From an uncultured bacterium (GTDB lineage: Bacteria; Actinomycetota; Nitriliruptoria; Nitriliruptorales; Nitriliruptoraceae): a stretch of 64,000 nucleotides of DNA. The position numbers and the translations under genes were made by a program. The stretch lies in the NCBI GenBank assembly GCA_963796225.1, contig CAWCLK010000057.1, forward strand, positions 11,173-75,172, in the 5' to 3' direction. The notes beneath the pieces are model-generated. The model worked only from the letters and a program-made list of their open reading frames with translations, had not been told where the DNA came from and ran no database searches. Shown one piece after another: positions 9,503 to 17,492 of the stretch; the stretch's first letter is position 1, and every line of letters begins with the position of its first letter.

Positions 9503-10009
9503 TCACAGCTCGTCGGGCGCCAGCTGTCGGATGTTGAACTCGCCCTGGAGCTGGTCGGCGTCCGGGAATCGTATGTCGAACGACGCGGCGTAGCGGTCGT
9601 CCGCGCGGCGGACCTCCAACCGGCCCGAGGAGGCCCGGCGCTGCTCGCCCTCGATGCGAAGGTCGATCACGGCGTGCTCGGTCACGTCGTCGCAGTCGAC
9701 GCAGTCGTCGTCGCGGACGCGGATGTCCTCGCCGGCCACCAGCGCCCCGGGGTTCTCGATCACGAACGCGATCGTCGCGCCGTCGATGGTCCGCGCGATC
9801 CAGCAGACGTCGGCGTCGGGGGTGTTGGGGTCGCAGTCCACCAGGTTGGTCTCGGGTGACCCGTCCGACACGGCGACACGCTGCCCGCCGATCCGGCCCG
9901 TGGCCTGCACGCCGTCGTCGAGCGCCTCGGGCTGGCGTTGCGGGAGGCTGGAGCTGGCACAGCCCGCGAGCAGCACGGCGAGCACGGCCGCGGCGAGTCG
10001 GGAACGCAC
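9503..10009 (-). CDS. lipoprotein, unknown function
   Basis: Signal plus lipobox MRSRLAAAVLAVLLAGCASS, with high GC3. Confidence 0.65.
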   Translation of the reverse strand: MRSRLAAAVLAVLLAGCASSSLPQRQPEALDDGVQATGRIGGQRVAVSDGSPETNLVDCDPNTPDADVCWIARTIDGATIAFVIENPGALVAGEDIRVRDDDCVDCDDVTEHAVIDLRIEGEQRRASSGRLEVRRADDRYAASFDIRFPDADQLQGEFNIRQLAPDEL

Positions 10010-10084
10010 GGGAGACCTCGGTCGGTGGAAGGGGGAGGGTACGCGCTGGGCGGACGGCCCCGACCGGGCCCCTTGTGGCGGGTC

Positions 10085-10150
10085 AATGCCCGTGTTACGT
10101 TATTTCACGAACGTGCTGATTATGTCACACGTTGTCACCGGATGTGACAT
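10085..10150. promoter_or_regulatory. AT-richer island with inverted repeats upstream of the paaX-paaA ORF (candidate promoter/operator)
   Basis: The local GC drop is striking for this genome. CACGAACGTG sits at 10106..10115. TGTCAC occurs at 10123..10128 and 10133..10138, with the inverted GTGACA at 10144..10149 (TGTCAC-N5-GTGACA). Confidence 0.45.
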
Positions 10151-10198
10151 CCGGCCCCGCGTACTCGACCGCGTACGCCACCTCATGGCAGGGAGCCC

Positions 10199-12106
10199 AT
10201 GACCCAGACCGATGCCGACCTGACCGTCACACGCCCGTCCTCGCGGGCCCTGCTGCTCACCATGCTGGGCGACGTGGTCCTGCCCTCGGGCGGGGCCGCG
10301 TGGCTGTCCGCGCTGACCCGGGGCATGGAGGCGCTGGACGTCTCCGACGCCGCCGTCCGCCAGGCCCTGCGCCGCCTGTCCCAGCAGGGACTGGTCGACG
10401 CCGAGCACCACGGCCGGCTGGCGCGCTACCACCTCACCGACCAGGGCCGTCGCCGCCTCGAGGAGGCCGCCGACCGCATCTACCTGCGTCGTGAGCTGGC
10501 CTGGGACGGCCACTGGCGGATGCTCACCTACAGCTTCCCGGAACGCGAGCGGGGGTCGCGGGACGCGCTGCGCCGCGAGCTGACCTGGCTGGGCTACGGC
10601 TCGATCGGGACCGGGACGTGGGTGTGCCCGTGGGACCTCGGGGCGCGGTTGCAGGTCGTGCTCGACAAGCACCGCGTGGCCGGCGACGTCGAGGTGTTCA
10701 CCGCCACGCACGAGGGCCAGGACGCCGCCCTGGCAGCTCGCGCCTACGACCTGTCCGAGCTGCACGCCGCCCACGCGGCGTTCCTCGCCGACGCCCCGCC
10801 CGAGGTCGATCCGGAGGACGGTGAGGCCGCGTTCCGGGCCCGCGTCGAGCTGGTCCACTCCTGGCGCAAGAACCTGTTCCTCGACCCGGGCCTGCCCGAC
10901 GCGCTGCTGCCCAACGACTGGCTCGGCGAACGCGCCGGCCAGGTGTTCCTCGACCGCTACCGGGCGCTGGAGGCGCCTGCGTGGGCGTGGTGGGAGCAGG
11001 TCTGCGCCGAGGCCGACCCCGAGGGGGTCGCCCCGTCCCACCGCTCCAACCTCGAACGCACCCCGGCCTCGGTCCGGGCCCCCGAGGTGGACGAGGCCGA
11101 CATCGACGGCAGCATCCTGGCTGACTCCCCGGGCGCTGGCGTCGCGGACGGAGGTCCCTCCGGGGACCGCAGGAGCACGCACAGCGAGGCTCGGGAAGCG
11201 GAGTTCCTCGAGCGCGTGCACGCAGGCCAGCTGGTCGAGCCGCACGACTGGATGCCCGACGAGTACCGGCGGCTGAACCTGAAGTTCATCGAGATGCACG
11301 CCAACAGCGAGATCATGGGGGCCCTGCCCGAACGCGAGTGGATCGCGCGCGCCCCGTCGCTGAAGCGCAAGCGCTCGCTGGCGGCCAAGGTCCAGGACGA
11401 GGTCGGCCACGGCCAGCTGATCTACCGGGTCGCGGAGAGCCTCGGCAAGCCCCGCCGGCAGATGTACGAGGACCTCGTGTACGGCCGCACGCCCTTCCAC
11501 AACGTCTTCCACTACCCGACGTACTCGTGGGGTGACGTCGCCTGCATCGGCTTCCTGGTCGACGGGGCGGCGATCGTCACCCAGCGGGCGCTGCTCGACA
11601 CCTCGTACGGCCCCTACGTGCGGGTGATGAAGCGCGTGGTCGCCGAGGAGTCGCTGCACTACCGCCACGGCGAGGACATCATGCTGGCGCTGGCGTCGGG
11701 CACCGACGAGCAGTTCGCCATGCTGCAGGAGGCCGTCAACCGCTGGTGGGAGCCGATCACCCACTTCTTCGGCACCGACATCCCGGCCGACAAGGACCCC
11801 TCGATGCACTGGGGCATCAAGCCCCAGACCAACGAGACCTCCCGGCAGGCGTGGATGAGCCAGTACGTGCCCAAGCTGTGGGACATGGGCATCGAGCTGC
11901 CCGACCCGAACCTGCGGTGGGATCCCGACGAGGAGGTCTGGAAGTACACCGAGCCCGACTGGGACCGGCTGAAGGCCATCGTCAAGGGCGAGGGCACCGA
12001 GGCCACGAAGATCCGGCTGTGGTACCGCCAGCAGATGCACCGGCACCACGACTGGATCCGGGACATCGTCCTCGGCGCCGACGACGGGGTGGTGACGGTC
12101 GCATGA
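10199..12106 (+). CDS. paaA: single ORF joining a full PaaX-family regulator to 1,2-phenylacetyl-CoA epoxidase subunit A
   Basis: Residues 1 to about 270 match PaaX N and C domains (ALLLTMLGD..., WRKNLFLDPGLPDALLPNDW). From EFLERVHAGQLVEPHDWMPDEYRR to the end the sequence is PaaA (KVQDEVGHG, EESLHYRHG). There is no stop between the two parts. Internal in-frame GTGs lie at 11087 and 11215. Confidence 0.8.
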   Translation: MTQTDADLTVTRPSSRALLLTMLGDVVLPSGGAAWLSALTRGMEALDVSDAAVRQALRRLSQQGLVDAEHHGRLARYHLTDQGRRRLEEAADRIYLRRELAWDGHWRMLTYSFPERERGSRDALRRELTWLGYGSIGTGTWVCPWDLGARLQVVLDKHRVAGDVEVFTATHEGQDAALAARAYDLSELHAAHAAFLADAPPEVDPEDGEAAFRARVELVHSWRKNLFLDPGLPDALLPNDWLGERAGQVFLDRYRALEAPAWAWWEQVCAEADPEGVAPSHRSNLERTPASVRAPEVDEADIDGSILADSPGAGVADGGPSGDRRSTHSEAREAEFLERVHAGQLVEPHDWMPDEYRRLNLKFIEMHANSEIMGALPEREWIARAPSLKRKRSLAAKVQDEVGHGQLIYRVAESLGKPRRQMYEDLVYGRTPFHNVFHYPTYSWGDVACIGFLVDGAAIVTQRALLDTSYGPYVRVMKRVVAEESLHYRHGEDIMLALASGTDEQFAMLQEAVNRWWEPITHFFGTDIPADKDPSMHWGIKPQTNETSRQAWMSQYVPKLWDMGIELPDPNLRWDPDEEVWKYTEPDWDRLKAIVKGEGTEATKIRLWYRQQMHRHHDWIRDIVLGADDGVVTVA

Positions 12107-12459
12107 GTGGACACCACAGCACCTTCGAGGTCTTCACCCGCCGCAACTGGGAGAGCCGGCTCGAGCACTGCGGGACGATCCACGCCCCCGATGCCGACGC
12201 CGCGCTGGTCCTGGCCCGCGAGACCCACGTCCGCCACGAGGAGGGCGTCGAGTTCGCGGTCGTGCCCTCCGACGCGTTCACGGTCGTGTCCGACCCCTCG
12301 ACGCTCGACCACCGGGTCGACATGAGCTACCGGCTGCAGGCCGGCTACTCGGGGTTCCGCGAGAAGCGCGAGAAGGCCCGTGCCGCTGCACGGGCCCGCG
12401 GCCGCGGCCACCTCGCCGAGCAGCCCGCCCCGGGGCGCAACGGAAAGGCGTCCGCATGA
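12103..12459 (+). CDS. paaB: 1,2-phenylacetyl-CoA epoxidase subunit B
   Basis: ATG 12103 overlaps the paaA stop (ATGA). MSGHHSTFEVFTRRNWESRLEHCGTIHAPDADAALVLARETH is PaaB-like. Confidence 0.8.
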   Translation: MSGHHSTFEVFTRRNWESRLEHCGTIHAPDADAALVLARETHVRHEEGVEFAVVPSDAFTVVSDPSTLDHRVDMSYRLQAGYSGFREKREKARAAARARGRGHLAEQPAPGRNGKASA

Positions 12460-13278
12460 GCACGGACATGACCCCTGCCCAGGCCCGCCGTGAGCTGCTG
12501 CTGGCCATCGCCGACGACGAGCTGCTCATGGGCCAGCGCGCCAGCCACTGGACCGGCGTCGCCCCGGGCATCGAGGAGGACCTCGCGTTCTCCACGATCG
12601 CCCAGGACGAGATCAACCACGCCGACGTCTGGTACCAGGTGCTGATCGCCGGCGAACCCGGCGCCGCGGGCGACGACCGTGCCGCCGTCGACGCCCTCGG
12701 GCTCGGCCGTGCCCCGGACGAGTACCGGCACGCCGTGCTGTGCGAACGGCCGCCGGTCGACTTCGGCGTGACCCTGGCGCGGCACTGGTGCTACGACCAC
12801 GCCGACGCCGTACGGCTGGCCTCGTTGGCCGACTCCACCGACGCCGACATCGCCGCCGTGGCGACCCGGCTGCTGCACGAGGAGCGCTACCACCTCGAGC
12901 ACGCCGACCTGTGGTTCCGCCGGCTGGTGGGCGCAGGACGACGACGCACGCGGTCGGTTCCGCGACGCCCTGGCGGCCGTGCTGCCCGAGGCGATCGGGC
13001 TGTTCGAAGCACCGGCGGGCGAGGCCGTCGTGGTCGAGTCGGGCGTGCTGCCCGAGTCCTTCGCGACGCTGTTCACCCGCTGGGCCGAGTGGACCACGGC
13101 CTCGCTGGACGCCGCCGACCTCGGCGACGTCGTCCCCGACGCCATCCGGTCGGGGCGACTGCCCGACGAGGCCGAGGCGTTCGGCGGGCGGCGGGGCCAG
13201 CACACGACCGACTTCACCGAGGACGTGTGGCCCGAGATGACCTTCCTGTACCGCGAGCACCCGGGAGCCACCTGGTGA
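12456..13278 (+). pseudogene. paaC: 1,2-phenylacetyl-CoA epoxidase subunit C, frame broken near 12929-12931
   Basis: The N-terminal 158 aa lie in the frame of ORF 12456..13796 (..HEERYHLEHADLWFRRLV). The C-terminal part (AQDDDARGRFRDALAAVLPEAIGLFEAP...EHPGATW) lies in the frame of ORF 12979..13278. One extra base in a GGG run explains the break. Confidence 0.8.
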
Positions 13279-13796
13279 GCGTCTCCGTCCTCCCCGACCT
13301 CGCCGACGTGCGTGACGCCGTCGGCGGGGTCCCCGACCCCGAGCTGCCGCCCGTGACGCTGGCCATGCTCGGGATGGTCCACGACGTCCGGGTCGACGAC
13401 CACGACGTCACGGTCGAGCTGCTGCCCACCTGGTCCGGCTGCCCGGCCGTGGACATGATCGCCGAGGACGTCCGCAGCGCGGTCGGCGCCGTCGACGGCG
13501 TCGGCACGGTGACGGTCCGGTTCCGCCACGACCCCGTCTGGACCCCCGAGCGGATCACGGACGAGGGTCACGCCGCGCTGCGCTCCTTCGGCATCGCGCC
13601 GCCGGCGGGGCGCCAGGCCCTGCCGGTGCTGCCCACCGCGGGTGGGTTCAGCGCCCCGGCCTCGACCGCCCCGCGCCCCTGCCCCTACTGCGGCTCGACC
13701 GACACCGAGCGCGACGGCCTGTTCGGCCCCACCCCCTGCCGCGACAGCCGCTTCTGCAACGCGTGCATGCAGCCCTTCGAGGCCTTCAAGTCCTGA
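13275..13796 (+). CDS. paaD: phenylacetate-CoA oxygenase subunit PaaD
   Basis: GTG 13275 overlaps the paaC stop (GTGA). VPDPELPPVTLAMLGMV, LPTWSGCPA and the C-terminal CPYCGS...FCNACMQPFEAFK are PaaD hallmarks. Confidence 0.85.
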   Translation: MSVSVLPDLADVRDAVGGVPDPELPPVTLAMLGMVHDVRVDDHDVTVELLPTWSGCPAVDMIAEDVRSAVGAVDGVGTVTVRFRHDPVWTPERITDEGHAALRSFGIAPPAGRQALPVLPTAGGFSAPASTAPRPCPYCGSTDTERDGLFGPTPCRDSRFCNACMQPFEAFKS

Positions 13797-13818
13797 CGGC
13801 GTCCGACCCACCCTGAGC

Positions 13819-13982
13819 AAATTCTGGGACCGATCCCAGTTTCTGCCGGGCGGGGCGACCCGTTGGCGAGGGGCGCACCCAGATTCTGGGACCGATCCCA
13901 GACTGTCGCCGGGCGGACGGGTGTTGGCAGCGGGGCGGGGACAGATTCTGGGCTCGAGCCCAGATATCTGTCCCGCTGTCGG
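13819..13982. repeat. three tandem copies of a 62-bp unit with a palindromic core
   Basis: CTGGG cores at 13824, 13886 and 13948 are exactly 62 bp apart. The core is TTCTGGGACCGATCCCAG(W)(W)TCTG followed by a GCCGGGCGG...-type tail. The third copy contains the perfect 18-bp palindrome TCTGGGCTCGAGCCCAGA. Confidence 0.9.
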
Positions 13983-14930
13983 TCAGGCCTCGAGCGGCCG
14001 GGTCACCACCGGGGCGGGCACGCCGAGCTCATGGGCACGGACCACCAGTGTCCCGGCCACCTGCGCAAGGAGGGCGACACGGTCGTCGAGGTCGCGGGCG
14101 GTGACGTACTGGGTGCGGATGCCGGCCCGCCGAAGCTCGTCGTCACGTCGGTCGTCGTCGAGGCGCTGGCGAACGCCATCGTGGTCGGCCGTACCGAGGT
14201 ACTCGTACGCCAGGCGCAGCGGCCGGAAGCAGAAGTCGACACGTCGGGCCCGGGTCACCCAGACCTGGGGTTCCGGACGCGGATCGAAGCAGTCGAGGAC
14301 GGTCGCCAGCGAGCGCTCCCCCTCGCTCTCGAGCGCGACGCCCCCGCCCCGTTCGAGCACCCGTTCGAGCGCGGCGGCCCCGGGGGCCCTACCCCTCAGC
14401 GCGGCCAGCCGCGCGTCGAGCCGCGCGGGCGTCGCCAGATCGTTCCACCGCAGGTGGTCCCACGCCACGCGCAGCCGCCGTTCGTCGTCCTCGGGGACGA
14501 ACGCCGCCGCGTCGATGAGCGCGTCGATCGGTCCCACGACACGCACCTCGCCGTACTCCGCGACGGGGCGGGTCGGGTCCGGGTCCTCGCGGTAGTCGAA
14601 GGGCACGTTGGTCAGGCATCGCCCCGGTTGCGTCAGCACCTCGAAGGGGTCGTCGCAACCAAACCCCGGGACCCCCAGCAGGCCCAGCACCAACGGGCCC
14701 GTCACGGTGGCCTTCGGGCGGGCGCGGAGCGCGGCGGCGAACGCCGCCTGCTCTGCGTGTGCACCGCTGCCTCGAAGGCGGAACGTGCCATAGATCGAAG
14801 GATCGGTGCGCTCGAACCGGCCACTGCGAAGCCAGTCGTCCGCCTCCTGAGGCGGAAGCCGCGCCGCAACCTGGAAGCGTGCGATCACGCCGCGTTGGTC
14901 GTCGAGGAGTCGTGCCAGTTCCGGGGTCAT
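13983..14930 (-). CDS. AbiEi-like wHTH N-terminal domain fused to a DUF559 (Vsr-like endonuclease fold) domain
   Basis: ATG 14930 (MTPELARLLDDQRGVIARFQ) lies inside ORF 13983..15080. The C-terminal ESEGERSLATVL...PQVWV...RVDFCFRPLRLAYEYLG...H...D..RDDELRRAGIRTQYVTARDL matches the common actinobacterial DUF559 pattern. The longer ORF start would run through repeat copies. Confidence 0.7.
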   Translation of the reverse strand: MTPELARLLDDQRGVIARFQVAARLPPQEADDWLRSGRFERTDPSIYGTFRLRGSGAHAEQAAFAAALRARPKATVTGPLVLGLLGVPGFGCDDPFEVLTQPGRCLTNVPFDYREDPDPTRPVAEYGEVRVVGPIDALIDAAAFVPEDDERRLRVAWDHLRWNDLATPARLDARLAALRGRAPGAAALERVLERGGGVALESEGERSLATVLDCFDPRPEPQVWVTRARRVDFCFRPLRLAYEYLGTADHDGVRQRLDDDRRDDELRRAGIRTQYVTARDLDDRVALLAQVAGTLVVRAHELGVPAPVVTRPLEA

Positions 14931-15002
14931 GCCGTGACCCTCGCACGACGGCGCCCCGTCACGGCCCCTCGATCCGTGTGCTGTGGACGATCCGGCTCGC
15001 GC

Positions 15003-15130
15003 GGAATCTGGAACCGTGCCCAGCTTCTGTGGGCCGTGGACGACGCCCCGCGGGACTCCGCGACGAAGACTGGGCTCCATCCCAGATTCTGCCGCCGGGG
15101 GGTGGCCGCGGGGCGGGGCGTAGGCGAGGC
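15003..15130. repeat. two further copies of the same 62-bp unit, same orientation
   Basis: Cores CTGGAACCGTGCCCAG (15008) and CTGGGCTCCATCCCAG (15070) are 62 bp apart. The tail CCCAGATTCTGCCGCCGGGGGG matches units at 13819..13982. Confidence 0.8.
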
Positions 15131-15131
15131 G

Positions 15132-15591
15132 TCAGGCGCTGGTGCGGGCTTCGGCCTCGGCCAGGCGGGCGAGCCGGGACAGGCTGCGGCCGAAGATCCG
15201 CTTCAGGATCGGCAGGACCAGCGTCGTCGCGCCCCACTCCCCCAGCGCCCCGAGGGGCGGGTCGACCTCCTCCCACCACTCGATGCGGGTGCCGCCGTCC
15301 GGGGCGTCGTGCAGCACGAAGGCGCCCGAGCCGGTGATGACACGGCCGAGGTGGGTGACCTCGAGCTCCTCCTGGTCCCGCCAGCCGGTGACGCGCATGA
15401 CGTCCTCGACGGTGACGCCCAGCAGGTTCGTGGGGCAGCGGATGGTCACGCCCGACGCCCTCGCGCTCGGGTGTCAGGACCTCGACGGACTTGGCGTCGA
15501 GCATCCACTCGGGCTGGCGCTCCCAGTGGGTCAGCACGCGCCAGACCACGTCGCGGGGCGCGTCGACGTGACGATCGACCTCGAGTCGCAC
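15132..15591 (-). pseudogene. SRPBCC (polyketide cyclase/START-like) protein, frame broken at 15451-15453
   Basis: The N-terminus MRLEVDRHVDAPRDVVWRVLTHWERQPEWMLDAKSVEVLTPEREGVG lies in ORF 14959..15591. The remainder, VTIRCPTNLLGVTVEDVMRVTGW..., lies in ORF 15132..15449. GTCGGGCGTGACC has one G too many. Confidence 0.8.
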
Positions 15592-15705
15592 GAGCGTTCA
15601 CCTCTGGCGGCGGGGCGGGGCGGACCCAGCACGTTCGGACCCTAGACTCCCCCCGGACTCCACCTCACGAGGCCCCGTCGCGGGCCCACCCACCAAAGGC
15701 TTCCC

Positions 15706-16476
15706 ATGTTCGCCGACATCGACGGCAACACCATCCACTACGTCTCCGAGGGCGAGGGCCCGCCGGTCGTGTTCGTGCACGGCCTCGGCGGCTCGGCCAA
15801 CGTGTGGCACGGTGTGATCCAGGCCATGAAGCAGCACCACCACTGCATCGCCATGGACCTGCGCGGCCACGGTCGCAGCCAGGCCCGCGGCAAGTTCTCG
15901 ATCCAGCAGTGGACCCGCGACCTGCACAAGCTGATCACCCACCTCGAGCTGCCGGCGGTCACGGTCGTCGGCCACTCGCTGGGCACGCTGGTCGCCCAGC
16001 AGTTCGCCGCGACCCACCCGGACGCGGTCGAGTCGCTCGTGCTCGTCGGCGGGATCTCCTACTTCCAGCCCGAGACCAACGAGGCCTACATCGCCCGTGC
16101 CGACCAGGTCGAGAAGGACGGCATGGACGTCCTGGTCGACGACTGGCTGGCCGGGGCGGTCTCGCCGCAGAGCCACGCCACGCTGTCCGGCGGCGTCGGG
16201 CTGCTGCGCGAGCTGTTCCTGCGCAACGACGCGACCGCCTACGCCAAGTCGTGCCGCGCGCTGGCCGAGGCTCCCACGATCCGCCGCGACGAGCTGGGGG
16301 TCCCGACGCTGATCGTGACCGGGGCGCACGACCGCTCGACCCCACTGGCGATGGCCGAGGAGCTCAAGCGCTCCATCCCCGTCAGCCGCGTCCAGGTCAT
16401 CCCGGACGTCGGGCACTGGTCACCGATCGAGGCGCCCGGTGTCGTCGCTGCGTCGATCCTCGAGTTCCTCACCTAG
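15706..16476 (+). CDS. alpha/beta hydrolase (3-oxoadipate enol-lactonase-like)
   Basis: HGLGGS, the nucleophile elbow GHSLG, and a C-terminal VGHW motif are present. Confidence 0.8.
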   Translation: MFADIDGNTIHYVSEGEGPPVVFVHGLGGSANVWHGVIQAMKQHHHCIAMDLRGHGRSQARGKFSIQQWTRDLHKLITHLELPAVTVVGHSLGTLVAQQFAATHPDAVESLVLVGGISYFQPETNEAYIARADQVEKDGMDVLVDDWLAGAVSPQSHATLSGGVGLLRELFLRNDATAYAKSCRALAEAPTIRRDELGVPTLIVTGAHDRSTPLAMAEELKRSIPVSRVQVIPDVGHWSPIEAPGVVAASILEFLT

Positions 16477-16848
16477 TCCCGGGTTCGGTTCGGGCTCGTC
16501 CCGGTCGGGCTCGTCCCGGTCGAGCTCGTCGCGCAGGAACGACGGCGGCTCGGCCGGCCCCGGGGTCCGGTCGACCCCCTCGCGGGTGATCGGCCCGGTC
16601 GCCTCGTCGGCGTCGAGGCCGTAGTGGCGCGCGTCCTCCAGCGTCGTCGCGGCGCGCGCCAGCAGGGCGTCCACGTGACCACGCGAGTAGCCGCGCCACG
16701 CGACGGGGAGCTCGGCGGCGCGCAGCTCCTCGGCGGTGACGATCCCGCGGCTGGTGGGCAGCATCCGCCGGGTCTCGTCCTCGAGGAAGGCCAGGGCGAC
16801 CACCAGCACGCCCCCGGCGACGACCGCCAGGCCACCAGCCAGCCACAT
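16420..16848 (-). CDS. membrane-anchored DivIVA-domain-like protein with an acidic repeat tail
   Basis: ATG 16848 follows GGGAGG. It has an N-terminal TM segment, then WRGYSRGHVDALLARAA. GC3 is about 95%. DRDEPDRDEP comes from a 15-bp tandem repeat. The 3' end overlaps the convergent hydrolase gene by 57 nt. Confidence 0.6.
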   Translation of the reverse strand: MWLAGGLAVVAGGVLVVALAFLEDETRRMLPTSRGIVTAEELRAAELPVAWRGYSRGHVDALLARAATTLEDARHYGLDADEATGPITREGVDRTPGPAEPPSFLRDELDRDEPDRDEPEPNPGLGEELEDRRSDDTGRLDR

Positions 16849-17344
16849 GCCTGCGTCCCTCCCGATCCGACGCCGAGGTCGTTGGCGCCGAGCCTACTGC
16901 CGGGCCGGCGTCGGAACCGGCCGGGCGGGCCGGGGCGGGGCGCGCCCCGCGACGGGCCACCTCGACCTTGAGGCAGGCGTCCTCGACGTAGGTCATCCCG
17001 GCCTCCTCGGCGATGGCCCGCGCCTCGGGCGAGACCAGGCCGAGCTGGTTCCACAGGACGGGCGCCCCGATGGCCGCGGCCTCGCGAGCCACCTCCTCGA
17101 GGTGCTCCTGGCGACGGAACACGTCCACGAGGTCGACCTCGCCGGGCACGTCGGCCAGCGTCGGGTAGGCCGTCTCGCCGAGGACCTCGTCGACGTTGGG
17201 GTTGACCGGGACGATCTCGTAGCCGGCGCGCTGCAGCGCCGCGGCGACGTCGTGGCTGGCCCGCCACGGCGACGCGGACAGGCCCACCACGGCGATCCGT
17301 CGGGTGTCGCGCAGGGCGGCGTCGATCGCGTCGGCGGTGGGCAT
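16469..17344 (-). CDS. CoA-binding domain protein (YccU/YneT-like); C-terminal boundary doubtful
   Basis: ATG 17344 follows GGAGGA. The domain RRIAVVGLSASPWRASHDVAAAL...VPVNPN...VDVFRR ends near 16940. As assembled there is no stop until 16469, and the tail crosses the DivIVA-like gene in another frame. One extra base between 16897 and 16940 would give a TAG at 16894..16896. Confidence 0.55.
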   Translation of the reverse strand: MPTADAIDAALRDTRRIAVVGLSASPWRASHDVAAALQRAGYEIVPVNPNVDEVLGETAYPTLADVPGEVDLVDVFRRQEHLEEVAREAAAIGAPVLWNQLGLVSPEARAIAEEAGMTYVEDACLKVEVARRGARPAPARPAGSDAGPAVGSAPTTSASDREGRRHVAGWWPGGRRRGRAGGRPGLPRGRDPADAAHQPRDRHRRGAARRRAPRRVARLLAWSRGRPAGARRDDAGGRAPLRPRRRRGDRADHPRGGRPDPGAGRAAVVPARRARPGRARPGRARTEPGTR

Positions 17345-17492
17345 CGGGTCCTCCGAGGGAGCGGGACGGGCAGGTGTCACCCCCAACGTGCCGGACGGGT
17401 CCGAACCTTCCCCCGGACAGCCGTCCACCGCCGGTCCAGCGCTACGGTGGCGGCACGACGGCCGTCGCGTCATCGCCACGCCAGGAGGACCC

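Noticed and set aside
10100-12049. A 649-aa minus-strand ORF antisense to paaX-paaA. Similar giants occur at 19643..22627, 25480..27855, 13863..16589 and 44932..47346.
   Set aside because: Their translations are Arg/Pro/Gly/His-rich with no recognisable motifs. They mirror well-supported genes on the other strand or frame, which is the typical shadow-ORF behaviour of very GC-rich DNA.
12456-13796. A single 446-aa ORF that looks like a PaaC-PaaD fusion.
   Set aside because: Its middle section of about 110 residues is out-of-frame nonsense. The real PaaC C-terminus lies in ORF 12979..13278 and ends with a TGA overlapping the PaaD GTG (GTGA).
13819-13982. The 62-bp periodicity with a palindromic core could be a small CRISPR array.
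   Set aside because: The segments between cores are homologous to each other (GCCGGGCGG...GTTGGC...GGGGCG), so the whole unit repeats and there are no unique spacers. There are only 3+2 copies, and no cas genes lie in the window.
15444-15456. Programmed +1 ribosomal frameshifting at the recurrent GTCGGGCGTGACC context.
   Set aside because: There is no slippery or hungry-codon architecture like known +1 sites. Other breaks occur in unrelated contexts and in both directions. Runs of 3-6 nt are too short for transcriptional slippage. Systematic homopolymer error explains all cases.
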